A stretch of DNA of 27,306 bases from an uncultured virus (IMG/VR IMGVR_UViG_3300007344_000002) (taxonomy: Duplodnaviria > Heunggongvirae > Uroviricota > Caudoviricetes). The notes below the pieces were generated by a model that had not been told where the DNA came from, ran no database searches, and saw nothing but the letters and a program-made list of their open reading frames with translations. Below are positions 1 to 7,956 of this stretch, piece by piece. The position numbers and the translations under genes were made by a program. The stretch is taken from the IMG/VR virus record IMGVR_UViG_3300007344_000002. The stretch is one strand, 5' to 3'. How positions within the stretch are numbered: the first letter of the stretch is position 1; each line of letters begins with the position of its first letter.

Positions 1-2
1 TA

Positions 3-185
3 GTCGGTAGAATTAAGACTCTAGAACAAGCAGTCTACAACAAAGATAACCTGCTTATGAAGTCGGGCTTTGTTGTTGTCGATGGCCCTACTCCATCCAT
101 GTCAAATCAATCTGTACCGGATGCTGATGCTATCCATAAGATGAGTTGGAATGACATTGAAAAGTTCGTAAATGGGAGGAACTGA
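3..185 (+). CDS. 5'-truncated small head-region protein with a scaffold-like C-terminus (not in ORF track)
   Basis: Open frame from the window edge, translated by hand: VGRIKTLEQAVYNKDNLLMKSGFVVVDGPTPSMSNQSVPDADAIHKMSWNDIEKFVNGRN*. Stop TGA at 183-185. The end resembles the scaffold C-terminus IADMSWSDIHKAVGGNI*. Confidence 0.75.
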   Translation, partial: VGRIKTLEQAVYNKDNLLMKSGFVVVDGPTPSMSNQSVPDADAIHKMSWNDIEKFVNGRN

Positions 186-186
186 T

Positions 187-417
187 ATGCCGGAAAAAAT
201 GACAAAAGAGGAAGCACAAATTAGTCGAGCAATTAGATTGGTCCGTAAAGCAAAGGAAGTTCTTCAAGAAGAAGGTAGAGAAACTCTACCATTGGAAATA
301 GAAGACCCCGATGTTAAGACTAAGAAGCCAAAGGCAGAAAAAGACGATACTAAGATTGAGAATGATACAGGTACTCATTCCGGATATGGTCTTGCTGGAG
401 ATATTAACGACGCTTGA
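187..417 (+). CDS. small charged hypothetical protein (76 aa)
   Basis: ATG at 187 follows GGAGGA (175-180) and the upstream stop at 185, so it is preferred over the ORF-track start at 172. The product is E/K-rich. Confidence 0.75.
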   Translation: MPEKMTKEEAQISRAIRLVRKAKEVLQEEGRETLPLEIEDPDVKTKKPKAEKDDTKIENDTGTHSGYGLAGDINDA

Positions 418-425
418 GTGATTCG

Positions 426-3353
426 ATGGCGACCACTGGCCTAATGTTCGAGAAGGATAAGGCTCCTTTATCTAACGAAATTTTATCTCTCTTCGAGGAA
501 ACTAGAGTCGCTTATCTATCTGCAAAATCCGACCCCAAAGAGTATGGAGGTCGGTGGAGAAATATACTTGAGAAGATTAAAGAATCGTATGATAGCCTTA
601 GTCCTCTTGGTAAAGAACTCAAAGAATATTTAGATGAGCGTCACCTTGAGGCTGATGATACAGGCAGTCCTACAAGTGGCTCTGCTAAAATCGTCTATGA
701 TTCTGTTAAGCAAATGAGATTCGACTCCGAGAATGTCAACGACCCATTCTCTAAGAAAATGAAAGGTAATGTACTAGAATCTCTACTATCGAATGTAGAT
801 GTTTTTATGAAGTTCATTCACTATGCTATTAGAAATGGTGATGATGCCTTATCTTCTAAACTCTATAATGAATTAGAATATCAAGGTGACGAGATAACTG
901 ATGGTTTGGAAGGACTAGACTTGGCATTAGATGATGTTCCTCTTTTTGTTATTGAACACTACGGCGATGATAAAGATAGTAAGAAGGTGAATTTTAAATT
1001 CAAGAATGCGCTAAAGGAACTCAAGAAGGTATTTTTATCCGGACACTCCGAAGAGGACTGGAGTAAATTAGTTGGAGTAGAATTAAAGAAATCAATGAGT
1101 GCTATGATGGCTCAAGAATTAAAATTCAAAGAAAGAATGGAAAACCCTACTATGAGAGTAGAAGAAAAACCCGATGTGACTCAAAATGTAGCAGTAGTTG
1201 AAATGGATGCTGATGTTTCGGGAGATTGTTGCGAGCAGTTAAAACAGGACTACATAGAACTCAAACGAGAAATGTTTGAATCGTTTATTGCTCATCATGG
1301 TTCTTGGGAAAAATTTACACAGGAAACTGGCCGCAGGTATGAAGATACTCCGGAAAATGAATTAAAAGAATTAACGGAATACTTTAACTCACTTGACTGT
1401 GAGGCATTGTATGAATTTATTAGTGACATATTTAGCGAGAATACTAGACCCAAAGAACAAGAAATTCTTGATAGATACGAAAGTTGTAATTCCTTTGGTT
1501 CGGACTTTTCGGATAAATACGCTATGCTTAAATCTAAAAAGTCCGAGGAAGAGAAGGCCATCTCCAACTTCCTAACTCCCAACAAACCAATGTATCGTAT
1601 ATTCGATATTGAAGATATGAATGAATTGATGGGATTCTCCGGAGATTATGTCGTACAAGAAAAGTACGATGGAATGAGAATACAAATTCATAAGATTGAT
1701 GATAAAGTTGAAATCTTTTCATTTAACGGTAAGGACATTACTGAAAAATGTACTGAACAAGTAGCAGAAATGAAAAAGAAATCTTATGGCGACTGTATTC
1801 TAGATGCAGAACTAATTCTATTCGATGGTGATAAAGCCCTACATAGAGCAGATACAGTTGCCCATGTATTCAAAAATAAATACCCCGAAGCAAAACTAAG
1901 AGCGCATGTTTTTGACATAATGCGACACGAAGAAAAGAACTTGATGGATGATGAATTACAGATTAGGATTAACATTCTATTCAATAATTACTCGGCAAAG
2001 TCTTCCGATGCCATCGCATTCCCTTCTAAGAAAGATACTAGAATCGCAGATTCTTTGAAAGACATAGAAGAATATGCTAAGGAAATAATGGAGATGCCTA
2101 CTGCGGAAGGAGTTGTTATCAAAGACTTAACTTCTACTTATTTCGTAGGAACTAAGAAAAATCCTAAGTGGATTAAGTGGAAGAAATTTGTAGATTTAGA
2201 TATGCTAGTTCTAGATAAGAAGTCTACTAAGTCAGGTCTATTCTCTTATTCTTTAGGGGCTGGCCCAGTTCTAGAAGAAGGAAAACACATTGTAGAAATG
2301 AATAACAAACTCTACATGAATGTAGGTAAGGCACTAAATACCAAGATAGATGTTAAGGTTGGAGAAGTTATTAGAGTCAAGGTAGATGAAGTAAAAGAAT
2401 CGGATGGTAGATTTACTCTCTATTCTGCTAAGGTAATCGAAGTTCCAGAGGCCGCTACTCCCGATAAGATTGTGACTTTAGAACTACTATCTAAGGATAC
2501 TAAGCCGTCTTTGAAGTACAAAGTAGAAGCACTAAAAAAAGGAATAACAATTACTGATAACATACATGGTAGTGCTACTTTAATCGCTAAGAGCATGGAT
2601 GGATTTACAATTTACGGATTTAATGAAAATAATCTAATGTCGAAGAACGCTATTGCAGACTTAGATATGTGGAAACAAGAAGCAGAGATGGCTCTAAAAA
2701 CCATTCAAGGAAAATTAAGAGCGTCTATTAAGCAGTTTGTAAAAGGAAAGGGCAAGCCACAGACCATAGGAGACTTGCATAATTTTTTGGCTAGTAATCA
2801 TGCAGGGGATTATGAATCAGTTCTAGAAAGCGATAAGAATAGGCTTGGTTCTTGGATACAAGCCTCGGAAGGAATGTCATATAGTGATGGTAAGATTTCT
2901 GTTGACGATAGTGAAATTCAAAAAGAGTCGGAAAAGGCTGAATTTAAAGTCTATTCTAGAAAGGATGGAAACTTGGACTTCATTGTAAATTACAAAGGAG
3001 AGAACTTATCTTGGTATATTGACCTAGACTCCGACGATGATATATTCTCTTTGTTTGGAAAGGCCAATAAATTCCCTGCTCAAATCTCTACAAATGTTTC
3101 AAAGGAGAAATTGATTGACCTTGGAGATGTAGAAATCGGAGTACAAAGACACGGATACCACGAATATATTCTAAATGGAAATAAGTTTGAAACTAAGATT
3201 CACTTTAGAGTAGTTCCTGTAGAAGGCAAGGATATGTGGTTAGCGTGGACAGGATATGAACAGAAGCCTGTTGATAAGGACACTGATGAAGGTATTTGGA
3301 ATATTTATGAAGACAAGTTTAAGGACTTAAAATACACAAAACAACCGAACTAG
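426..3353 (+). CDS. lig: multidomain ATP-dependent DNA ligase (long N-terminal extension, nucleotidyltransferase and OB domains, C-terminal LigD-phosphoesterase-like domain)
   Basis: Ligase motifs: I VVQEKYDGMRIQIHK (Lys at 1662-1664), III ILDAELILF, IIIa AHVFDIM, IV EGVVIK, V WIKWKK..DMLVL, followed by an OB-like region (GEVIRVKVDEV). Start is either GTG 414 or ATG 426; the latter follows GAGTGA. Confidence 0.9.
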   Translation: MATTGLMFEKDKAPLSNEILSLFEETRVAYLSAKSDPKEYGGRWRNILEKIKESYDSLSPLGKELKEYLDERHLEADDTGSPTSGSAKIVYDSVKQMRFDSENVNDPFSKKMKGNVLESLLSNVDVFMKFIHYAIRNGDDALSSKLYNELEYQGDEITDGLEGLDLALDDVPLFVIEHYGDDKDSKKVNFKFKNALKELKKVFLSGHSEEDWSKLVGVELKKSMSAMMAQELKFKERMENPTMRVEEKPDVTQNVAVVEMDADVSGDCCEQLKQDYIELKREMFESFIAHHGSWEKFTQETGRRYEDTPENELKELTEYFNSLDCEALYEFISDIFSENTRPKEQEILDRYESCNSFGSDFSDKYAMLKSKKSEEEKAISNFLTPNKPMYRIFDIEDMNELMGFSGDYVVQEKYDGMRIQIHKIDDKVEIFSFNGKDITEKCTEQVAEMKKKSYGDCILDAELILFDGDKALHRADTVAHVFKNKYPEAKLRAHVFDIMRHEEKNLMDDELQIRINILFNNYSAKSSDAIAFPSKKDTRIADSLKDIEEYAKEIMEMPTAEGVVIKDLTSTYFVGTKKNPKWIKWKKFVDLDMLVLDKKSTKSGLFSYSLGAGPVLEEGKHIVEMNNKLYMNVGKALNTKIDVKVGEVIRVKVDEVKESDGRFTLYSAKVIEVPEAATPDKIVTLELLSKDTKPSLKYKVEALKKGITITDNIHGSATLIAKSMDGFTIYGFNENNLMSKNAIADLDMWKQEAEMALKTIQGKLRASIKQFVKGKGKPQTIGDLHNFLASNHAGDYESVLESDKNRLGSWIQASEGMSYSDGKISVDDSEIQKESEKAEFKVYSRKDGNLDFIVNYKGENLSWYIDLDSDDDIFSLFGKANKFPAQISTNVSKEKLIDLGDVEIGVQRHGYHEYILNGNKFETKIHFRVVPVEGKDMWLAWTGYEQKPVDKDTDEGIWNIYEDKFKDLKYTKQPN

Positions 3354-3365
3354 TTAAATAGTGTA
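3351..3365 (+). promoter_or_regulatory. possible archaeal TATA-like promoter upstream of the protease/capsid genes
   Basis: TTAAATAG at 3355-3362 lies about 30 nt upstream of ATG 3391, in one of the few intergenic gaps. No SD is seen before ATG 3391, which is compatible with a leaderless transcript. Confidence 0.3.
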
Positions 3366-3390
3366 TTTACAACAAGACGGCTTGAGCATC

Positions 3391-4566
3391 ATGTCTATGA
3401 TTATGTCTGCAATGGAGGAGAATGATTTCTCCATCTTGAAGGCATCGAATGATGATTTAATGATTGGCGGCTATGCTTCTATCGAAATGGTAGATAAGCA
3501 AAACGACTTAATCACTCTAAAGGCCCTAAATGAGGCAGTTAAGAAATTCATGGGACATAATAAGTTCCGCAATGTAATGACTAACCACTCCAATGTTCAA
3601 GTTGGAGAAGTAGTTGAATCTCATAGAGATAGCAATGGAAAACTATGGAAGACCCAAGTAGATGATGTTGGGTTCTTCGTAGTAATTAAATTAAGAGATG
3701 ATATTGAAAAAGCAAAGGAAATAAACCGAGGAATTCGCAAAGGGTCGTTGAGGTCTTTTAGCATAGGTGGGCAAGCACTACAAAAAGTGAAGAAACACCA
3801 TGATGATTTAGGGGAGTATAGTGAGATAAGCAAACTAGAACTTCACGAAGTCACAATATGCGAAAAAGGTATCAACCCCGAAGCGAGGTTCGATATATTA
3901 AAGGAGGACAAAACAATGAACAAATTAGAAAAAGCATTGGCTGAACTAGATACTCTTCTAGAAGAAGTTAATACTCTACGAAAAGAAGAAGAAGAACCGT
4001 CAATGGAGCGAGGCGCACCTCACCCATTGGACGAGAAGATGGAAGATGAAATGATGGATACCGAGTCTATGGAATACATGGATGAAGCAAAGAAGGCCAC
4101 TACTCTCGACGGAAACGATGAGACTAACCTTGGCGGTGCTGGAGAATACATTGAAGATGCCGGAGAACAAGCAAAGAAAGAAGGAATGGTTTCAAAGAAC
4201 TTCACTAATGATGAGTTTAGAACCCTTAACCTAAGTTCAGCAAACATCGAGAAGGCTTACGAGCAATACCGAGCAGAACAACTTGAAAAGATGGGACTCG
4301 AAACTCTAGAAGAAACCTTCGCTAAGAGATTCGCTAAGGAAGAAAGCCACCGAGCAGAAATGGTCGCTAAGGCAGAATACGATGCACAATCGGAAATCGC
4401 ACGACTTAACGCAGAGTTCTCCGAACTCCGTAAGTCACTTACAGAAGAAAAGAACACGATTCGCAAGGCTACAGAAGCCGCAACAACAACTAAGGTTTTC
4501 TCAACAGAAGAGATTGCTGACATGAGTTGGAGCGACATTCACAAAGCCGTTGGCGGAAATATTTGA
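3391..4566 (+). CDS. prohead (maturation) protease, HK97/S78-like, fused to a C-terminal scaffold
   Basis: Protease motifs IGGYAS..VDKQNDLI, MTNHSN..VG (His), LRSFSIGG (Ser) and LELHEVTICEKGINPEARF. An acidic coiled-coil tail follows. The gene is directly upstream of the MCP. Start ATG 3391 preferred over GTG 3361. Confidence 0.9.
   Translation: MSMIMSAMEENDFSILKASNDDLMIGGYASIEMVDKQNDLITLKALNEAVKKFMGHNKFRNVMTNHSNVQVGEVVESHRDSNGKLWKTQVDDVGFFVVIKLRDDIEKAKEINRGIRKGSLRSFSIGGQALQKVKKHHDDLGEYSEISKLELHEVTICEKGINPEARFDILKEDKTMNKLEKALAELDTLLEEVNTLRKEEEEPSMERGAPHPLDEKMEDEMMDTESMEYMDEAKKATTLDGNDETNLGGAGEYIEDAGEQAKKEGMVSKNFTNDEFRTLNLSSANIEKAYEQYRAEQLEKMGLETLEETFAKRFAKEESHRAEMVAKAEYDAQSEIARLNAEFSELRKSLTEEKNTIRKATEAATTTKVFSTEEIADMSWSDIHKAVGGNI
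3916..4566 (+). CDS. scaffolding protein from a nested in-frame internal start (216 aa)
   Basis: AAGGAGG at 3901-3907 precedes an in-frame ATG at 3916, exactly at the end of the protease domain. The product MNKLEKALAELDTLLEEVNTLRK... is helical and acidic. Confidence 0.65.
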   Translation: MNKLEKALAELDTLLEEVNTLRKEEEEPSMERGAPHPLDEKMEDEMMDTESMEYMDEAKKATTLDGNDETNLGGAGEYIEDAGEQAKKEGMVSKNFTNDEFRTLNLSSANIEKAYEQYRAEQLEKMGLETLEETFAKRFAKEESHRAEMVAKAEYDAQSEIARLNAEFSELRKSLTEEKNTIRKATEAATTTKVFSTEEIADMSWSDIHKAVGGNI

Positions 4567-4576
4567 GGTGAATTAA

Positions 4577-5923
4577 ATGGGATACATTAACACAATTAGA
4601 GACTTAGAAGCGGCGACATACGGACTACCTGCCTTTGGTGGAAACTCTGTATTGAAACAAGCAGGTGCAGTTCAAGGACTACACACTGCACACGATATTG
4701 CAGACGCTGGCGCAAGCGGCTTGACTGGTATCGGTACTACAACTGGATACTACAACCAACTTTACGGACAGAAAGTTTGGTCAATGCTAAACCGAGAAGT
4801 AAATGCTCTCGCTATGCTATCAAAGCGACCTTACACTTCTTCCGGTTGGAGAATTCTTAAGAGCCGACCATTTGGTGGTTCCGGTTCTACTCTAGCAGTT
4901 GATATTACAGGTGACGGTTCATCAGCAAACGGTATTGGTGGAGATAACCCACACGCTGACGAAATTGGTGGTGTTCCAGAAAACGCAGGACTTTCTACTG
5001 CGGCTGACGGACTTGGCTCTATGGCCCCAACTTACGCTCAACTCTTTATGAGTCCTAAAACCATTGCACATCAGTTCGATATTTCCGAACTAGCAATGGA
5101 AATGGCTCAAATTGATGATGGACTCGGTGATATTCGGGCTATTATCCGTGAAGATATGGGTAAAGCACACGCAGAAGCACAGAACAAGATGCTCCTTATG
5201 CCTCTACAAGTTTATGGTGAAGTTTCCGCTCTAGCAAACATTGAGCGAAACTACACTTCCTTGATGAAGGTTGTTTCAAGCCGAGCAGAACTTCTAGCGG
5301 CTGACGGTGGAGTTCTTATGACCGATACAATGAATGATGCTACAAACAATCTTGCTCAAATCTATGGCGATGAGCGATTTACTGCGGCTTCTTTCCTTGA
5401 TGCAGAAATAGACTTCAACAGTTCTTACGCCGCATCTTCGGTTCGACCACTAACTCTTACTTTGCTTAACAACATGATTCGTAATCTACGAATTGCTGGC
5501 GGTTCTCCAAAGGTTATCTTGACTGGATACGATACTATCCAAGCAATTGCAGACCTACTACAGTCCCAAGAGCGATTCATGGACCGAAAGGAAATCGTTC
5601 CTACTCATAATGGTGTTCGTGGTATTAGGGGTGCAGAAGTTGGTTTCCGTGTGGCAACCTACTACGACATTCCATTGATTCCTGTTAAGGACATGGCTTC
5701 AACCCTAAACGCTTCCGATAGTGGAATTAGCGACTTGTTGTTCTTGGATACTGACCATCTATGGCTCTCTGTTCTTAAGCCGACTCAATACTTTGAAGAC
5801 GGTGTTTCTAACGGAAACCCATTCGGTGTGGGACGACTCGGCAACCAAGCACTTTACCGAACTATTGGTGAAGTTGGTTGCTCTTTCTTCAAGGGACAAG
5901 GCAAGATTACCAATGTGGCTTGA
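4577..5923 (+). CDS. major capsid protein, HK97 fold
   Basis: 448 aa, after the protease/scaffold, with SD GAGGTGA. HK97-type segments: PKTIAHQFDISELA, LTLTLLNNMIRNLRIAGGSPKVILTG, TYYDIPLIP, LLFLDTDHL. Confidence 0.9.
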   Translation: MGYINTIRDLEAATYGLPAFGGNSVLKQAGAVQGLHTAHDIADAGASGLTGIGTTTGYYNQLYGQKVWSMLNREVNALAMLSKRPYTSSGWRILKSRPFGGSGSTLAVDITGDGSSANGIGGDNPHADEIGGVPENAGLSTAADGLGSMAPTYAQLFMSPKTIAHQFDISELAMEMAQIDDGLGDIRAIIREDMGKAHAEAQNKMLLMPLQVYGEVSALANIERNYTSLMKVVSSRAELLAADGGVLMTDTMNDATNNLAQIYGDERFTAASFLDAEIDFNSSYAASSVRPLTLTLLNNMIRNLRIAGGSPKVILTGYDTIQAIADLLQSQERFMDRKEIVPTHNGVRGIRGAEVGFRVATYYDIPLIPVKDMASTLNASDSGISDLLFLDTDHLWLSVLKPTQYFEDGVSNGNPFGVGRLGNQALYRTIGEVGCSFFKGQGKITNVA

Positions 5924-5932
5924 GGTGATAAA

Positions 5933-6526
5933 GTGACAAACGCTGTTACTTTAATCGCTGACCATAAAGGTATAGCAAAGCCATTCGTTGTGGGACACCA
6001 ATATGTTTCACTAGCGAGTGTTGCTGTTTCGTCTTACCGAACAGGCTCCCCTGCTACTGCCGCTAGTCAAACTATTACTGCGGCTGATGCTGACCCTGAT
6101 ACACTAACAAGAGGTGCTGGTAGTTATCTTACTGATGGCTTTGCCGCAGGTGACTATGTGACTATTCTCGGCTCTGCTTCGGCAAACAACTCACAAGTCT
6201 TTGAGATTGCTACGCTAACTGCAACCGTTCTAACAACATCGGGACCAACTGCTCTTTCCGCTAACACCGGCAATGCAGATGAACAAGTTCTCCATGTTGG
6301 TGAAAAACTATTGGCGGCTGACTTCGGTTTGGCATCCTTCACACAAGTTGAGATTTCTAACCCATCTTTGTTGGATGCTCACTGGATTGTTGGTGACATT
6401 AGTTCGGATGGTACATACTGCTACCTTTACTGCTTCACTCTTGGTTCGGCGGCTAACACTGCCGGAGTTAAGGCTCTAGCAGACGACTTGGGAACTCTAC
6501 GAGTTCGTGCAACAGGACTTCTTTGA
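5933..6526 (+). CDS. putative capsid decoration/minor head protein with an inserted beta domain
   Basis: GTG start after GAGGTGA, immediately downstream of the MCP. A/T/G/S-rich, with a beta module (TLTRGAGSYLTDGFAAGDYVTILGS...VFEIATLTATVLT). Confidence 0.55.
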   Translation: MTNAVTLIADHKGIAKPFVVGHQYVSLASVAVSSYRTGSPATAASQTITAADADPDTLTRGAGSYLTDGFAAGDYVTILGSASANNSQVFEIATLTATVLTTSGPTALSANTGNADEQVLHVGEKLLAADFGLASFTQVEISNPSLLDAHWIVGDISSDGTYCYLYCFTLGSAANTAGVKALADDLGTLRVRATGLL

Positions 6527-6535
6527 GGTGTTTGT

Positions 6536-6946
6536 TTGGCAACCATCCGTTTAAGCGAGTCTTGTAAGGTTCCAACCTTGAGACTACGAAACGGGGTAGA
6601 GGGTTTTATGGAAGTGACGAAGGCTGAGACTATTACAATCTCGGCCTTCGTTGCTTCACATTACATTGGGGGTAAGAACTGCGTAGTTCAATTTACTTCC
6701 GAGGATAGAGAGGAAATCGAAAAATTACCTAACCGTGAAAAAGAAATCCTATCTAAATACCTTAGAGTCCCCAAAGAAACATTGGCTAATACCTTAGCCC
6801 CACTTCCTCCAAAAACAACAGTTCCGGAGAAATTGAAGGCTACTGCAAAGAAGGCTACCCGAAAGTCTACTAAGAAACCTGCCGCTAAAAAGGCAACTAC
6901 TAAGAAGACTACTACCAAGGCAGAACCCACTACAGAAGAAGAGTGA
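6536..6946 (+). CDS. hypothetical protein with a histone-H1-like Lys/Ala/Thr-rich tail
   Basis: TTG start after GAGGTG. C-terminus KATAKKATRKSTKKPAAKKATTKKTTTKAE. Confidence 0.7.
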   Translation: MATIRLSESCKVPTLRLRNGVEGFMEVTKAETITISAFVASHYIGGKNCVVQFTSEDREEIEKLPNREKEILSKYLRVPKETLANTLAPLPPKTTVPEKLKATAKKATRKSTKKPAAKKATTKKTTTKAEPTTEEE

Positions 6947-6999
6947 TTACACAACCTTCATTAAGAGGGGCTAATTACCAACATCTAAGAAGTGATGTT

Positions 7000-7299
7000 A
7001 TGGCAGATACATGCAGAAGCAGTGGAGTCCTTGGGGCAAGCGCAATAATTTCTAAGACGCAGTGCAGATTGAAAAGCATTCACGCTAACATTGTTATTGC
7101 TAGCAATGCGGCAGTGACCGTTAAAGTGTTTGATGGACAAGATAATAGCGGTACAGAAATTGCTAGAATTCACAATACGACCACAGGACAGTATAATCTA
7201 GAATATGATATGCACGGTGTATTATGCACTAGCGGTATATTTTTGGAAATAGCAGAAGCCGGTTCTTCCACTGCACACATTTCAGTGGAATTTAATTGA
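7000..7299 (+). CDS. small beta-rich putative virion protein (99 aa)
   Basis: ATG 7000 after GAAGTGA is preferred over the ORF-track start at 6943. The sequence alternates short beta-strand-like segments. Confidence 0.65.
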   Translation: MADTCRSSGVLGASAIISKTQCRLKSIHANIVIASNAAVTVKVFDGQDNSGTEIARIHNTTTGQYNLEYDMHGVLCTSGIFLEIAEAGSSTAHISVEFN

Positions 7300-7308
7300 G
7301 GTGGTTAA

Positions 7309-7707
7309 TTGCCAGCATTGAATCACGACACTCGATTGATTATGACTATCCTATTCGTAGGTACAGTTAGTGGAGCGAATGTTTTCTTCTACGCTAAATT
7401 CGGTTTGAACTTTCCATATACCATTCTAATGCACGGCGTATTGTTTGGACTCATTACAGTAGGGTCCGTTATGGTAATGAAGGCACTATTTGACTTGGCT
7501 CTTAATGACAAAATTGAGATGTGGCTTTTGGACAGAAGGATTACTGCTTATTGGCAAAGAATCGCTAAAGATGAACAACAAAGAAAGAAGATGCAAGATT
7601 CTTTGAAGACATTTCAAAACGAAAATCAAACTAATAGAATACCCCAAATTTCTCCGCAATATGAAACTGAGGGAGTTTCAGCCGATTTCTTAGCCACCCT
7701 GCAATGA
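7309..7707 (+). CDS. membrane protein, two TM helices plus C-terminal coiled coil (holin-like architecture)
   Basis: Hydrophobic segments LIMTILFVGTVSGANVFFYA and ILMHGVLFGLITVGSVMVMKALF, then charged WQRIAKDEQQRKKMQDSLK. TTG start after GAGGTGG. Confidence 0.7.
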   Translation: MPALNHDTRLIMTILFVGTVSGANVFFYAKFGLNFPYTILMHGVLFGLITVGSVMVMKALFDLALNDKIEMWLLDRRITAYWQRIAKDEQQRKKMQDSLKTFQNENQTNRIPQISPQYETEGVSADFLATLQ

Positions 7708-7716
7708 GGTGGTTGA

Positions 7717-7947
7717 ATGGTTCTTGGCGACATAATGGGTTTCAGTGACTCCGACTATGCTTATAATCAACAAAGAGCGCATTCTGCTGATTTGTTTTTT
7801 ATTAAAATGAGAGCATGGTTTTGGGGCGGTTGTTCTACTTTATTTTTTTTCTTGGTAGGTAATATAATAGGTGTCGTTTTCGACATTAGTATTATGGGTT
7901 GGCTCATAGATAAGACAGTAAGTTTTTGGGATTATTTATGGCATTGA
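7717..7947 (+). CDS. small membrane protein (76 aa)
   Basis: Hydrophobic segment AWFWGGCSTLFFFLVGNIIGVVFDISIMGWLI and a Trp-rich amphipathic end. SD GAGGTGG. Confidence 0.7.
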   Translation: MVLGDIMGFSDSDYAYNQQRAHSADLFFIKMRAWFWGGCSTLFFFLVGNIIGVVFDISIMGWLIDKTVSFWDYLWH

Positions 7948-7956
7948 GGTATTCAA

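Noticed and set aside
1089..1532. Intein in the DNA ligase
   Set aside because: No C-terminal His-Asn followed by Cys/Ser/Thr, no LAGLIDADG motif, and the segment lies outside the conserved catalytic motifs.
5721..6479. Alternative-frame + strand ORFs 5721-5936 and 6273-6479 (also 1393-1575) as overprinted genes or capsid frameshift extensions
   Set aside because: No SD, slippery site or recognisable motif was found.
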